IMG/VR virus record: IMGVR_UViG_3300031857_000002
Span: 256,176-320,175 of that record
Length of the DNA: 64,000 nucleotides
Reading direction: 5' to 3' (one strand)
Below, piece by piece: positions 45,141-55,214 of the stretch. The stretch's first letter is position 1, and each line of letters starts with the position of its first letter. The translations under genes were made by a program, and so were the position numbers. The notes below the pieces were generated by a model, which was given only the letters and a program-made list of their open reading frames with translations, was not told the origin of the DNA and searched no databases.

Positions 45141-45332
45141 TTACCAATGTCTGATTGTGTTGGCTATAATAAAGCCACAAGTTATAACGTGTATTATAAC
45201 CCAAAACGTCTTGAAGAACAAGGCTATGCGAGCTTCTCGAAGAGTCAAGATAGGCACATCTGGACGATCATGATCTGACTCGCCCATCAGGTGCCCAGTG
45301 GCTCTGGCCCATATCTTTTCTATACTGTTCAC
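45141..45332 (-). CDS. Small membrane protein
   Basis: 63 aa with C-terminal TM, between nrdA and nrdB. Confidence 0.6.
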   Translation of the reverse strand: MNSIEKIWARATGHLMGESDHDRPDVPILTLREARIALFFKTFWVIIHVITCGFIIANTIRHW

Positions 45333-47647
45333 AGTTTACAGCTTTCACAGTCTTCCTCAAGATCAAAATCAATTTCCTCCAAAGGAGCTGCCTCGTCGGC
45401 CTTTTGTTTTGATCCTGCTTTGTTGATTAGACTGTAGTAGAATGTTTTCAATCCCCAGTAATGTGCCTGCATCAAGTTCTTGGCAATCAATGTGGTGGGC
45501 ACTTTACGGTCAGCAAAGTGTGCGGGATTGTAAAATGTGTTTGTGCTGATTGACTGATCAATGTAGGCAGCCAATACTGCGGCAGTCTTCAAGTAGCCGT
45601 CACAGTCCTTCTGTGCCCACATCTGTTGATATTTGTTTTTCAACTTGTGATACTCAGGCACAACTTGTGTGAGCGAACCTGCCTTGGATTCTTTTACAGA
45701 GATCAAACTCATGGGCATTTCAATACCGTTGGTTGAGTTGATCACCACTGAGCTGGACTCCACAGGAGCAATGGCCATTTGGGTGGCATTGCGTACTCCA
45801 TAGCTACGCATTTCAGCACGTAGCCCTTCCCAGTTCAGTTCAGGTGTGAAGTCTGTGAGTTCGTTCACCCCCTTGGCACGTAGTTCCCAGGGAAAAATGC
45901 CTTTGCCGTAGCGTGTTCGGTCTGAGTCCGCACAACGACCACGTTCCTTGGCCAGTTCAACTGAGGCTTCTGTCAGGTAGTAGGCCTGGTGTTCCATCCA
46001 CGTCTTGACGTCAGCCAGGGCGTCTCGCTCTCCGTATTTGAATCCACGCTTGGCGTGCCAATAGGCAAGGTTGGTGACTCCAATTCCAAGCGGTCTGATT
46101 TCGTCATTGGATAGTTTAGACTGGATGGAAAGAAAGTCTTGATAATCAAGAATGTTGTTGAGGCTACGATGCAGTATGCGACAAGCACGGCGCATGTCTT
46201 CTGGGTTACGGAACGCACCCCAATTGATTGAGCCCAGAGTGCAAAGTGCGATACGACCATCGCTGTCATCCAGACGTTTAAAGGATTTAGTAGGTAAAAG
46301 TATTTCACAGCAAAGATTACTCTGGTAAATGGTATGATACTCAGGATCAAAAGGTCCTTGGTTCATCACATTGTCAATGAACACTAGATAGATACGACCA
46401 GTGTCTGTTCGTTCCTTGAGTATGCCTGATTTGAACACTTCTTCAGCACTCATGGTCTTTGTTCTCAAGTCTTTGCGTTTTTCATATTCGCAATAGAGCT
46501 GTTCAAACCGTTGTGTGTTTTGATAAAATGCTTCGTACAGGTCTGGTACTTCGTTTGGGTCAAAGAAAGTTATGTTTTCTTTGTTCTTGAATCGTCTCCA
46601 GAAGAAAGCACTAAGCACAACCCCATAATCCATATGACGGACTCGGGTTTCTTCTGTTCCTTGGTTGTTCTTAAGAACAATAAGATCATCAAACTGATGA
46701 TGCCAAATAGGATAAAATACAGTAGCACTTGCATTACGAATACCTCCTTGTGAGCATGAGCGCAAATCTCCAAACCATTTCTTCAAGAATGGTATCATGC
46801 CTGTATGCTGGATCTCACCACCACGGATGGGTGAACCTAATGAGCGCAGTCGTCCAATTTCTAAACCAATGCCTGCACGTTTGCTGGCATACTTGGCCAT
46901 CATTTCTCCGGACGCGAAAATACTGTCCAAATCATCATCCGAGCGAATAAGCACACAACTACTAAACTGTTTAGTAGGAGTACCAAGCCCTGCCAACACT
47001 GGCGTGGCCAATGTGAAAAGCCCGTCGCTGGCTGCTGTGTAATACTCTTTGATGTAGCGCATTCTCGCTGAGTTCGGTTCTTCTGAGTGAAATACAGTAG
47101 CGGCCGCGACCATGTATCTAATTTGTGGAGTTTCATATATTTGTTTGGTACTACGGTTCTTGACCAAGTACTTCTCTATCAGTTGTTCAATTGCCGCATA
47201 TGAATAGGTTTCATCTTTTGAGTGATCCAACATGTCATTCATGCGGTTCCAGTCATCCTCTGTGTACCATTCCAGTAATTCTGGAGTGTATAGGCCAGTG
47301 TCTACATTGGTCTTTACAATTTCATACAAGTGTGGTGGAGTATATGAACCATATACATCTTTACGCAACATGCTGAGTCGTTGCTTGCCTGCTACGAATT
47401 GATAATTGGTGTGACCCACATCAGGATTTGACTCTACGTCAATAAGGTCAACTATGGCACGTAAGGTAATTTCATCAATTTCCTTGGTGGTAATTCCATC
47501 GTAAAAATGCAACTGTGCCTTGATCTCTACCATGCTCTGGCTCACGTCTGCAATGCCTGCGCATATTTTGGCAATTTGTGTCTGCCACTTTTCCAATGCC
47601 AATGGCTCCCGCTGCCCTGAGCGTTTTACAACTGTTATTATTTTCAT
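45329..47647 (-). CDS. nrdA: Ribonucleotide reductase class Ia alpha subunit with ATP cone
   Basis: VVKRSG ATP cone, LATP, SSCVL, SNLCCEI, APVESSS, C-terminal CESC. Confidence 0.97.
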   Translation of the reverse strand: MKIITVVKRSGQREPLALEKWQTQIAKICAGIADVSQSMVEIKAQLHFYDGITTKEIDEITLRAIVDLIDVESNPDVGHTNYQFVAGKQRLSMLRKDVYGSYTPPHLYEIVKTNVDTGLYTPELLEWYTEDDWNRMNDMLDHSKDETYSYAAIEQLIEKYLVKNRSTKQIYETPQIRYMVAAATVFHSEEPNSARMRYIKEYYTAASDGLFTLATPVLAGLGTPTKQFSSCVLIRSDDDLDSIFASGEMMAKYASKRAGIGLEIGRLRSLGSPIRGGEIQHTGMIPFLKKWFGDLRSCSQGGIRNASATVFYPIWHHQFDDLIVLKNNQGTEETRVRHMDYGVVLSAFFWRRFKNKENITFFDPNEVPDLYEAFYQNTQRFEQLYCEYEKRKDLRTKTMSAEEVFKSGILKERTDTGRIYLVFIDNVMNQGPFDPEYHTIYQSNLCCEILLPTKSFKRLDDSDGRIALCTLGSINWGAFRNPEDMRRACRILHRSLNNILDYQDFLSIQSKLSNDEIRPLGIGVTNLAYWHAKRGFKYGERDALADVKTWMEHQAYYLTEASVELAKERGRCADSDRTRYGKGIFPWELRAKGVNELTDFTPELNWEGLRAEMRSYGVRNATQMAIAPVESSSVVINSTNGIEMPMSLISVKESKAGSLTQVVPEYHKLKNKYQQMWAQKDCDGYLKTAAVLAAYIDQSISTNTFYNPAHFADRKVPTTLIAKNLMQAHYWGLKTFYYSLINKAGSKQKADEAAPLEEIDFDLEEDCESCKL

Positions 47648-47654
47648 TCTACTC

Positions 47655-48080
47655 CTACTTTATTTGTAGTTTTATTTGGTTTTGTGTTATCTGATGTCGA
47701 GTCTTTTTGAGACTCAGGTTGATATTTACGACAGTGTCTCGGTCCCAATTCAATATATATTTTCCCTGGTTCACTTGGACTAAATTGTCGCTATCCACCT
47801 CTACAAGCACCGCATCTTGTAGGTCGGGTCTATCAAGTATTGTTATAGTATACAGGATTCCAAGGCCGCGAGCAAGGCCACAATACAAGTTGTCATCCAG
47901 TAATTGCCAGGGATCTGGCCAATTTGCACGGTCGTCCCAGTGTAGGTGATATGGCGTCCAGGGTGCGTCAAACCACCATGAATTGATGGCTGAGAGAGTT
48001 GCATCAGTGTCCAGGGATTCACACTGGCGACGAAGATTGGACCAACTTGCTAGTCGGTCACTAAAGGTTTTATGCCACAT
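47655..48080 (-). CDS. Hypothetical phage protein
   Basis: 141 aa; WPDPWQL..DN.YC motif. Confidence 0.65.
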   Translation of the reverse strand: MWHKTFSDRLASWSNLRRQCESLDTDATLSAINSWWFDAPWTPYHLHWDDRANWPDPWQLLDDNLYCGLARGLGILYTITILDRPDLQDAVLVEVDSDNLVQVNQGKYILNWDRDTVVNINLSLKKTRHQITQNQIKLQIK

Positions 48081-49864
48081 TAAGCTAGGTGAGTGATAGA
48101 GTAAGTTATTGAGCCGGCTGTGCCAGTTGGGGTGGCATCTGCGTATGACACTGTGACCACACTGGTGGCTTCTGCAGCCGATAACACAAAGCCAGTTGAC
48201 GCATTATCTGAATAGTCATCAGTAAACGAGAATGTGGTTCCAGACACAATAGTAATTGTGCCTGTGCGATAAGTTGTGCCACGCTTGATAGTGTAATCCA
48301 TTCGGAATGCTCGGATGCCTGTGGCACTGCTGTCCACTGTGAACAAGGTAGAAGTTGCGGCTGAATCGGCCAGGGTGGATACCACGCCAGTAGTGCGCAC
48401 ATACTGACCCAGATTCATCTGGTTGGCAATAGTGGTATTGGCCACACCTGATATTACATAACCAATCTTGCTGGTGTTCATGCCAAACGCAATACTACCA
48501 GTGGCGCCTAGGCTCACACGAGGATAGGTTGCGCTCTGTGCAGTGGTGCGCTGGAACATGTCGCCCATGCTGACATTGTTGTCTGTGTCAATACTGATCA
48601 CAGGTGTGGTGGCTGTGACAGTGTAGTTGTTGCCCACATCATAGAATATGTTGTAGGCACTGATGTTAAATGTTGCTCCCACAATCTGAATGCCTTGAGT
48701 GTACACATCATCAAAGGTGTTGTGTACCATGCGAACGCCTGTGGGACTGGTGTCTAAAATAATACCACGGTACATGGCATCAAAATAGCAGTTACTGATT
48801 GTGGCGCCGTTGATCACAGCATCAGTATTGACGCCATAAGTGACTCCGGTGAATCTGCAGTTATCAAAATAGATTTGGTTACAAGGATACGATATTGTGC
48901 TGGCAAAGTTTACTCCGCTGAGAGAGGCATCAGTCACTGTGTTTATGTTTGTGCTGGCAGTAAACGGGCCTTGGAATGTGATGTTGGTAAAAGATACTTG
49001 TTCAGCATCTTCCACCATTAAGATGTTGTGAGAGTTAGCAGAGTCATTGCCATATGTGGCTGTTTGGAATCGCATGCCAGATACTTCAATGCTTTGCGGA
49101 GCATATTGTGCGCCACCTGTGCCAATGTCGCTGCCTACCTGTTGCAAGCTGTCTGCTGTGCGTACCACGTATTCTGGTAGGCCCGCTGGCACTGGGTCCC
49201 AAAAGTTGACATTTGTGATTGCTGTGCCAGCAGACACCGCGGCAATTGATCGGAAATAGTAGACACCGCCCGAGCCTGCAGGATAGTATACCAACACGCC
49301 TGTGGCATAAGGTATGGCACTAGACCAGGTTTCTACAGCAAAGTTAATGATACTGGAGTTAGGACCTTCTCCGTACAACTGAGCAAATGGAGGAATCTTG
49401 ATAGTGTCAGTGATTAGATATGTTCCTGCAGGGAAGAACAAACTTCTACGAATCTGTGTGTTGGTCTGGCGGCAGTACAACTGAAACAAGGCACGATTGA
49501 TAGCGGCTGTGTCGTCTGTAACTCCGTCTCCGGTGGCGCCAAAGTCTGTGACCACGGCATAGCTGTCCAGTCTGCTCTGCAGGCTTTGACTTACTGGTGA
49601 ACCTGATGTGGCACCTGTTTGTACGTCATATCCGGCAGCAGAACCTTTGTAGGTATAGGCTGTGGTATATTGCAACAGATCTGAAAATTCTGTAAGGATT
49701 TCAGTGTTGCCCACAACAGGAGCACCTTCGGTTAGTTCGCCATTGCCAATGAACAATTGTCGTGTGTCTACTGCCCAGCCCAATTCTGCGCCAGCCAGTG
49801 GCTCAGGTAAGTCTTGTGCCAGACCTTTTCGTTGTGTAATTCTAGATATTTGTAAAATGGCCAC
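48080..49864 (-). CDS. Tail/baseplate protein with pectate-lyase-3-like beta-helix
   Basis: N-term AELGWAVDTRQLFIGNG; V.DFGATGDGVTDDTAAINRA; LFFPAGTY. Confidence 0.8.
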   Translation of the reverse strand: MAILQISRITQRKGLAQDLPEPLAGAELGWAVDTRQLFIGNGELTEGAPVVGNTEILTEFSDLLQYTTAYTYKGSAAGYDVQTGATSGSPVSQSLQSRLDSYAVVTDFGATGDGVTDDTAAINRALFQLYCRQTNTQIRRSLFFPAGTYLITDTIKIPPFAQLYGEGPNSSIINFAVETWSSAIPYATGVLVYYPAGSGGVYYFRSIAAVSAGTAITNVNFWDPVPAGLPEYVVRTADSLQQVGSDIGTGGAQYAPQSIEVSGMRFQTATYGNDSANSHNILMVEDAEQVSFTNITFQGPFTASTNINTVTDASLSGVNFASTISYPCNQIYFDNCRFTGVTYGVNTDAVINGATISNCYFDAMYRGIILDTSPTGVRMVHNTFDDVYTQGIQIVGATFNISAYNIFYDVGNNYTVTATTPVISIDTDNNVSMGDMFQRTTAQSATYPRVSLGATGSIAFGMNTSKIGYVISGVANTTIANQMNLGQYVRTTGVVSTLADSAATSTLFTVDSSATGIRAFRMDYTIKRGTTYRTGTITIVSGTTFSFTDDYSDNASTGFVLSAAEATSVVTVSYADATPTGTAGSITYSITHLA

Positions 49865-49881
49865 GGTGCGTCCTCAATAGA

Positions 49882-50601
49882 TCACGTATTTAGCAGATAG
49901 AACTGCTCAACACGGCGCCACCACAGATCTCTGTAGCGATCAAACTCTGCACCTTCCAACACAAACTCTTGATATTCTGGGGGTTTAATGATGTTGAACT
50001 GCTCGTCAACATCTGGTTTGACGCACATCAAGATCACACCCTTGCGTATGCGTGTGCCATGCACTTCATTGTGTGCTTCTGCATAGGCGCATAACTGCAC
50101 AAAATAGTCCTCAATCCATTCACGCCGTTTGGGCTTGTTGCTTTGCTTGTAGTCCAAGATTGATTCTTCATTCAGATGAATCCCGGCGCCGTCTGTTGTG
50201 CCTGCGTAGATCCCGGGAAAGTATAGCGGAACTTCGATGCCCCAAAATTCGTTCACATTCTTCAAACCCTTTTCCACCACCACATGTGCCATGGCATGAC
50301 TGGCCCAGCTGTAAGGATTTGTAGTGCGTTCTTTGATTTCACCTGTCTTTACATAGTCCTCAAGATAGGTGTGCATACGTGTGCCTCGATTGGCAGCTTC
50401 CGTAGTGATCTGCTGTGCTTTTTCTGCACCCACACTACGACGCCATCGGTTCAGTGCTTCCCGGCTTTCTTCGCTTTTGGTTTTGTCAAGTATTGTGGTA
50501 ACTGAAGGTAAATTTTTGCCATCTGGTGTGGAGTAAAAACGTTTGCCTTCAACTACTACTCGGGGAATGGGTTGGTAATCAAATTTAGGATTGTACATCA
50601 A
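49882..50601 (-). CDS. PD-(D/E)xK exonuclease
   Basis: PSVTTIL, RGT.MH, E...Y, YAGTTD, ILDYK, QLCAYA.A. Confidence 0.88.
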   Translation of the reverse strand: MMYNPKFDYQPIPRVVVEGKRFYSTPDGKNLPSVTTILDKTKSEESREALNRWRRSVGAEKAQQITTEAANRGTRMHTYLEDYVKTGEIKERTTNPYSWASHAMAHVVVEKGLKNVNEFWGIEVPLYFPGIYAGTTDGAGIHLNEESILDYKQSNKPKRREWIEDYFVQLCAYAEAHNEVHGTRIRKGVILMCVKPDVDEQFNIIKPPEYQEFVLEGAEFDRYRDLWWRRVEQFYLLNT

Positions 50602-51985
50602 GTTTCTTAAAGAATGCCACCCGGTGAGTTATTTCCAGGGAGAATTGTTTTTCTATATCAATGTCATTAGTCATGATATTGATCAATTCTTTGTCAGGGG
50701 CATCTAGTAGATTATACAGTCTTTCATTAAGTAAAGCAAATGATTGGTCAGTCTTTTTGTCAAAATAGGCATTATGGCTTAGAAATTTTAACCATTGTTC
50801 ATGACTTTCGGGCATGTTCTTTAATTCTTCAATTGTGGAATTTATAAAATTAAAAAGCACCCGGGTATGGTCAGGATATTTCTTAAAGATGCCATGCCCG
50901 ACACAGATCTGTAAAAACTCAATCAACGCTGGTCGATATCGTATAGGCAAGGCTTCTACGTCCAGGTGGCGGGTCTGATTTGTAAGATTAATAGGTTTTA
51001 TAGGAAATGAATAATGCTGTTGATCAAACCAGGCTGACCAATAGGTCATAAATTCGTCAATGTACATGATGTTGTTGAGGCTGAACACTGGTGTGATCAA
51101 ACAACGCCATCTAGGAGTATATGTTTTCTTTCCAGACACAATACTCAGAGTGGTTTGATGACTCATTAGTGTGGCTAAATTGTTTTCAATCTTTTCAAAT
51201 TTAGCCGGCCACCGCAGATATTGATAATTGTCGCCCACTGAGTCAATGCTTAAATTGATATCTACATCTCTAAACTGTGACATCTTGCTCATGAGATCGT
51301 AGCCTGGCCGTACTGACAGTGCAGTGGTCACACGCAGATGCACACGAGGTGCAATTCCTTGAGCAATCATCCAGTTCAAAAGTTTTTTCATGCCTGGCTG
51401 CACAAGACTTTCCCCACCAATGAAATGCACATAAAAATGCTCTACCTCGGGCAATTTTTCTAATATGGTTGTGGTAATCAACTTCCAGTGTTCAGGACTT
51501 GTACTAATATCTATTTCATACTGTTCGCTCACAGGAGTATTGGTTATTCTAGCCCAGGTCGAGCTTTCTGTTTTTGAACAACTCCTGCAGGCTAGATTAC
51601 AAAAGTTACTGAACTTGACCCGCAGTTCAAACTCAGGAAGTGCTTGTTTTTCTACAAAACTCCTTAATCTATCTTCAATGTATCCCAAGAAACCATTCAC
51701 ACGTTCACTAGCACCACTGTGGTCTTCTTCAGATTTACAGCGCCAGCATGCTTCAGGCCATTGTTCATTTAACTGTTGCTCTTTGATATCAGCAAATGGA
51801 TCTGCTCCTGCACTGGGCACAAAAGTTCTGTCGTCAAGATTGCAACAACAGGTTTTGTACACGGGTTCTGAACTCAGCTCTGAATAACGTGTGTCTAGTG
51901 TGACATAGGGATATATGCACAATGTGGGATTTTGTTCAGCCCATAACAGTCGTTGGTCTACAGACTTTTTCAGTGCGTCGGTCAT
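50585..51985 (-). CDS. Radical SAM protein with N-terminal Cys-rich segment
   Basis: CNLACRSC, FIGGE, LSIDSVG; CIYP..TCCC..CWRC. Confidence 0.85.
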   Translation of the reverse strand: MTDALKKSVDQRLLWAEQNPTLCIYPYVTLDTRYSELSSEPVYKTCCCNLDDRTFVPSAGADPFADIKEQQLNEQWPEACWRCKSEEDHSGASERVNGFLGYIEDRLRSFVEKQALPEFELRVKFSNFCNLACRSCSKTESSTWARITNTPVSEQYEIDISTSPEHWKLITTTILEKLPEVEHFYVHFIGGESLVQPGMKKLLNWMIAQGIAPRVHLRVTTALSVRPGYDLMSKMSQFRDVDINLSIDSVGDNYQYLRWPAKFEKIENNLATLMSHQTTLSIVSGKKTYTPRWRCLITPVFSLNNIMYIDEFMTYWSAWFDQQHYSFPIKPINLTNQTRHLDVEALPIRYRPALIEFLQICVGHGIFKKYPDHTRVLFNFINSTIEELKNMPESHEQWLKFLSHNAYFDKKTDQSFALLNERLYNLLDAPDKELINIMTNDIDIEKQFSLEITHRVAFFKKLDVQS

Positions 51986-52302
51986 ACTCGAAAACTTTCT
52001 CCGCAACCGCAACGATCACGCTCATTGGGATTGCGGAATTCAAATCCTTCATTTAGGCCGTTGCGCACAAAGTCCACAGTTACGCCTTGCAAGTAGGCAC
52101 AACTCTTGGGATCTACATAAATTTCACAGCCGTTACAGCTAAAGCATTGATCTTCAGTTTTGGGTGCATCAACATATTCCAACACATAGGCCAGGCCTGA
52201 ACAGCCTGTGGTACGAACACCTAGTCTGATGCCTACACCATGCCCGCGACGTTGGAGTGTTTGTTTTATCTTTCTAGCCGCAATGTCAGTTACTGATACC
52301 AT
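51982..52302 (-). CDS. iscA: Fe-S cluster A-type carrier IscA
   Basis: GCSGLAY, VDP.S, DF...G..GF.F.NPN, CGCGESF. Confidence 0.95.
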   Translation of the reverse strand: MVSVTDIAARKIKQTLQRRGHGVGIRLGVRTTGCSGLAYVLEYVDAPKTEDQCFSCNGCEIYVDPKSCAYLQGVTVDFVRNGLNEGFEFRNPNERDRCGCGESFRV

Positions 52303-53294
52303 GATTTTTTAGTGCAATATGTGTTGCAAGCAGTTAGTTGTTTAGGGGTGTCAAATGTGTCAATTATCTGATTGAACCACACTACGCCTTTTTCCAATGT
52401 GTCTACAGTGGCTCCGTCCCTGAGCACATGAACATCTTCCACATATGTTGTGCCAGGCTTGCTGAAATTGCCAATGAAACAGCACGGATCTATATTGCCG
52501 TCGGATGCAATATACATACTCACTGGTGACCAAATGTGTAGGGCCTTGCACTCAACTTCATCGTAGGGTGCCTGGGCCAGTTTACGAGGTCCGTGCAGAT
52601 TGATCCATTCTTCTGTGATTTGATCTGGGAAAGTTTTACCTGATTCTTTTTTGAGTTCAAATATTTTTTGGCCGTGTTGATTGTATACTGGTCCCCAGTC
52701 TCGGCCATGATGTCTCAAATTGAATTTTTTAAATCCCAGTGCTTCACTGCGTTCACGTGCTTCGTTGATCTGATGACGATTGTGATCAAATTCAGTCATG
52801 CACCAATTGGCATGCCCACCGGCTGCAATAAAGATTTGAGCATTTTTGATCACTGTTTCAAACACTGTGTTTTGTCGGTAGATATGATGAGTGTCTTCAA
52901 GACCGTCAATGCAAAACTCCATAACCACTCCTGTGGCTGCCAAGGATTGCCAAAATTCACGACCTTGGGCGCCGCCATTGGTGGATGCAGAAAGTGTTAA
53001 TCCAGGTTTTCCAGGTTTAAATTTTTGTCCGTGTTGTCTAAACCAAGCCAATATACTGGGTGTTTCAGGATTCATCACTAGGTCGCCAAGGTTTCCATTT
53101 ATTAACACACGTTTCAGTTGTGCAACCACAGTCTCAGGCACAATTGTTTTGATTTTTTCCAAGGTCAAATTGGTTTCTTTATAACCAAAATTGTAGGGAA
53201 ATCCATGATAGTTGCGCATGCACATGGGGCACCTTGCGTTACACAAGGAACTGATTTCTATTTGTAATTCTCGAATGTCTGAGATGTTAATCAT
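52290..53294 (-). CDS. Radical SAM protein with C-terminal twitch/SPASM-like domain
   Basis: CNARCPMC, GNLGD, STNG, CIDGL; C-terminal C..YI..DG..DPCC..C...C. Confidence 0.88.
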   Translation of the reverse strand: MINISDIRELQIEISSLCNARCPMCMRNYHGFPYNFGYKETNLTLEKIKTIVPETVVAQLKRVLINGNLGDLVMNPETPSILAWFRQHGQKFKPGKPGLTLSASTNGGAQGREFWQSLAATGVVMEFCIDGLEDTHHIYRQNTVFETVIKNAQIFIAAGGHANWCMTEFDHNRHQINEARERSEALGFKKFNLRHHGRDWGPVYNQHGQKIFELKKESGKTFPDQITEEWINLHGPRKLAQAPYDEVECKALHIWSPVSMYIASDGNIDPCCFIGNFSKPGTTYVEDVHVLRDGATVDTLEKGVVWFNQIIDTFDTPKQLTACNTYCTKKSWYQ

Positions 53295-54100
53295 GATGTA
53301 TTTAAGATATATTTGCTGGCTACCATTTCAGCAAACCGTCTGTTGGTCTCTGCATTGTAATGCCCGCCTGGTAACTCACCTCTTGCACTACTGGCATAGG
53401 TTACAATATTGTTAATGTGCAACCAATCAATGCCTGTGTCTTCCCAGGCTCCACGTATGTCAGGAAATTGGTTTAATAATTTGATACCACCAGCTGGGTC
53501 TAGAACAGAACTAACAAAGTTGTGGGTAGAAAACACATGTATGTTCTTGACTCCGTGACTGCGACATATGGCTTGTGAAATCATCACTGTGACTAGAAAT
53601 CTATAAAAATTAGATTCCCATCCTTCTAGCAGTTTTAAGTTAACAAAATAATCAGTTTCAGGTCCTAATCGAGGCACTGTGCCAGCATTTACAAACCTTG
53701 GTAAAATTTTATCCTGATACTGATTATTGAACAATACTTCTCGATCAATAGAACTAAACTGCAATATCACAGTGTCTGGTTTAATCTTTATTAGATCTTG
53801 TGCCAGCTTGTAAGGCCAGTAACTGGGGCCTGACTTGGCCGCAGACTGATTAATTACTGTTTGTTGAGTTATTTCTGCCAACTGCCCTGGCCAACATAAC
53901 TTTGCTTCCAGGTCATGAAGTACCTTGTCACCTAGTGTTCTATGAAGTTCTTGACTTTCTTTTATTGCAATATCACTACCGCACCAGTTGTGATATTTGA
54001 CTAGATTGGATGTGCGTTCTGTGTGGCCTGGCCAACTGGGGTACAAATAATCAGCTAGTTCACTGCCCGAACTAAAGCTGTCACCTAGCACATAGATCAT
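53291..54100 (-). CDS. SGNH/GDSL-like hydrolase/acyltransferase
   Basis: VLGDSFS block I; N.S...G; GGHYN block V. Confidence 0.6.
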   Translation of the reverse strand: MIYVLGDSFSSGSELADYLYPSWPGHTERTSNLVKYHNWCGSDIAIKESQELHRTLGDKVLHDLEAKLCWPGQLAEITQQTVINQSAAKSGPSYWPYKLAQDLIKIKPDTVILQFSSIDREVLFNNQYQDKILPRFVNAGTVPRLGPETDYFVNLKLLEGWESNFYRFLVTVMISQAICRSHGVKNIHVFSTHNFVSSVLDPAGGIKLLNQFPDIRGAWEDTGIDWLHINNIVTYASSARGELPGGHYNAETNRRFAEMVASKYILNTS

Positions 54101-54474
54101 TGATGTCTTTTGCGATAGTCTTCTACTGCCGCTTTGATTGCATCTTCTGCAAGTATTGAACAGTGAATTTTAACAGGGGGGAGGGCAAGCTCATCAGCAA
54201 TCTCGCTATTTTTGATCGCTGCCGCTTCGTCAAGTGTGCGTCCTTTGACCCATTCAGTAACCAGCGAACTCGACGCAATCGCTGAGCCGCAACCATATGT
54301 TTTAAATCTTGCATCTGTGATTACTCCATCTTTTACTTTTATTTGTAACTTCATCACATCACCGCAGGCAGGTGCTCCTACCATGCCTGTACCTACATCT
54401 TCGTCGCCTTTTTCAAAGCTACCCACGTTGCGTGGATTCTCATAATGATCTACTACTTGATTGGAATATGCCAT
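54097..54474 (-). CDS. iscU: Fe-S cluster scaffold IscU
   Basis: DHYENPRNVG, APACGDVM.LQI, FKTYGCGSAIAS, LPPVKIHCS. Confidence 0.97.
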   Translation of the reverse strand: MAYSNQVVDHYENPRNVGSFEKGDEDVGTGMVGAPACGDVMKLQIKVKDGVITDARFKTYGCGSAIASSSLVTEWVKGRTLDEAAAIKNSEIADELALPPVKIHCSILAEDAIKAAVEDYRKRHQ

Positions 54475-54475
54475 A

Positions 54476-54787
54476 TTATTGTGTACAGGTTCTTTCGCGG
54501 TAGATTTTACCGTCGAGTGTTTGGATTTCTTTCCAAGGCGTGCAAGACTCTTGCGGCACGTAGACGGGTTGTTGTTGCACAATCACTGTTTCTGCTTGTG
54601 CAGGTCTATTGGCAATAACAGCACCTACTACCCCGCCAATGATTAACGGGGCGACCCAATTATTATGACCATAATGGCCGTAGTATCTGGCATGTCCATA
54701 CGGACCGTGGTGGCCATGTCGCCAATGTTGTGCTAGTGCAGGCACTGTGACCATTAACAATGCTAGTGAAATTAAGATCTTTTTCAT
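54476..54787 (-). CDS. Secreted His/Gly/Tyr-rich small protein
   Basis: Signal peptide, HWRHGHHG..., hydrophobic GG segment, two Cys. Confidence 0.65.
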   Translation of the reverse strand: MKKILISLALLMVTVPALAQHWRHGHHGPYGHARYYGHYGHNNWVAPLIIGGVVGAVIANRPAQAETVIVQQQPVYVPQESCTPWKEIQTLDGKIYRERTCTQ

Positions 54788-54805
54788 AGTGATCTCCTTT
54801 AAGTT

Positions 54806-54834
54806 ATTATACTATATATAACGCCTAAAGTCAA
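54806..54834 (-). promoter_or_regulatory. sigma70-type promoter driving the iscU operon
   Basis: TTGACT-17-TATAAT then SD AAGGAG. Confidence 0.8.
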
Positions 54835-54854
54835 CCAAATGTTGACAGTTTTGA

Positions 54855-55214
54855 TTAAACGCCGCGGGATTTGTTCATTGCCGATTTGGCGGCATTGGCA
54901 ACTATGTCTTGTGCTTTGTTCACAGGCATAGCAACCGGTTCGGCAGGTTCGCCTTCACCTTTGAATATGATTTCTTGTGCTTCTGGAGTCATTGGTTCTA
55001 GTACCGAACTCAATGGAGGTTGTCCCACAATCTCTTCAATGTTGTCTTCGGTAACATTAATGCCCAGACTTTGTGCTAGGCTGATAAATGCACCTCGAGA
55101 GATTTGTTTTTGTGCGCCTTCGTCGTCTGCACGTCCGGCAAGAAAGTTGACCAGCCCTAACAGTTCGTCGGGGCTGGGTGTTGTGGATTCTGTTATGAAT
55201 TCACGGAATCGCAT
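54855..55214 (-). CDS. Putative head internal protein
   Basis: Leader MRFREFITE resembles T4 capsid-targeting sequence MKTYQEFIAE. Confidence 0.55.
   Translation of the reverse strand: MRFREFITESTTPSPDELLGLVNFLAGRADDEGAQKQISRGAFISLAQSLGINVTEDNIEEIVGQPPLSSVLEPMTPEAQEIIFKGEGEPAEPVAMPVNKAQDIVANAAKSAMNKSRGV

Noticed and set aside
44037-47647. Intein or group I intron in nrdA/nrdB
   Set aside because: Both ORFs are continuous and of normal length with no homing-endonuclease or splicing motifs
49882-50601. Cas4
   Set aside because: Lacks the four-Cys Fe-S motif and any CRISPR context; a generic phage exonuclease
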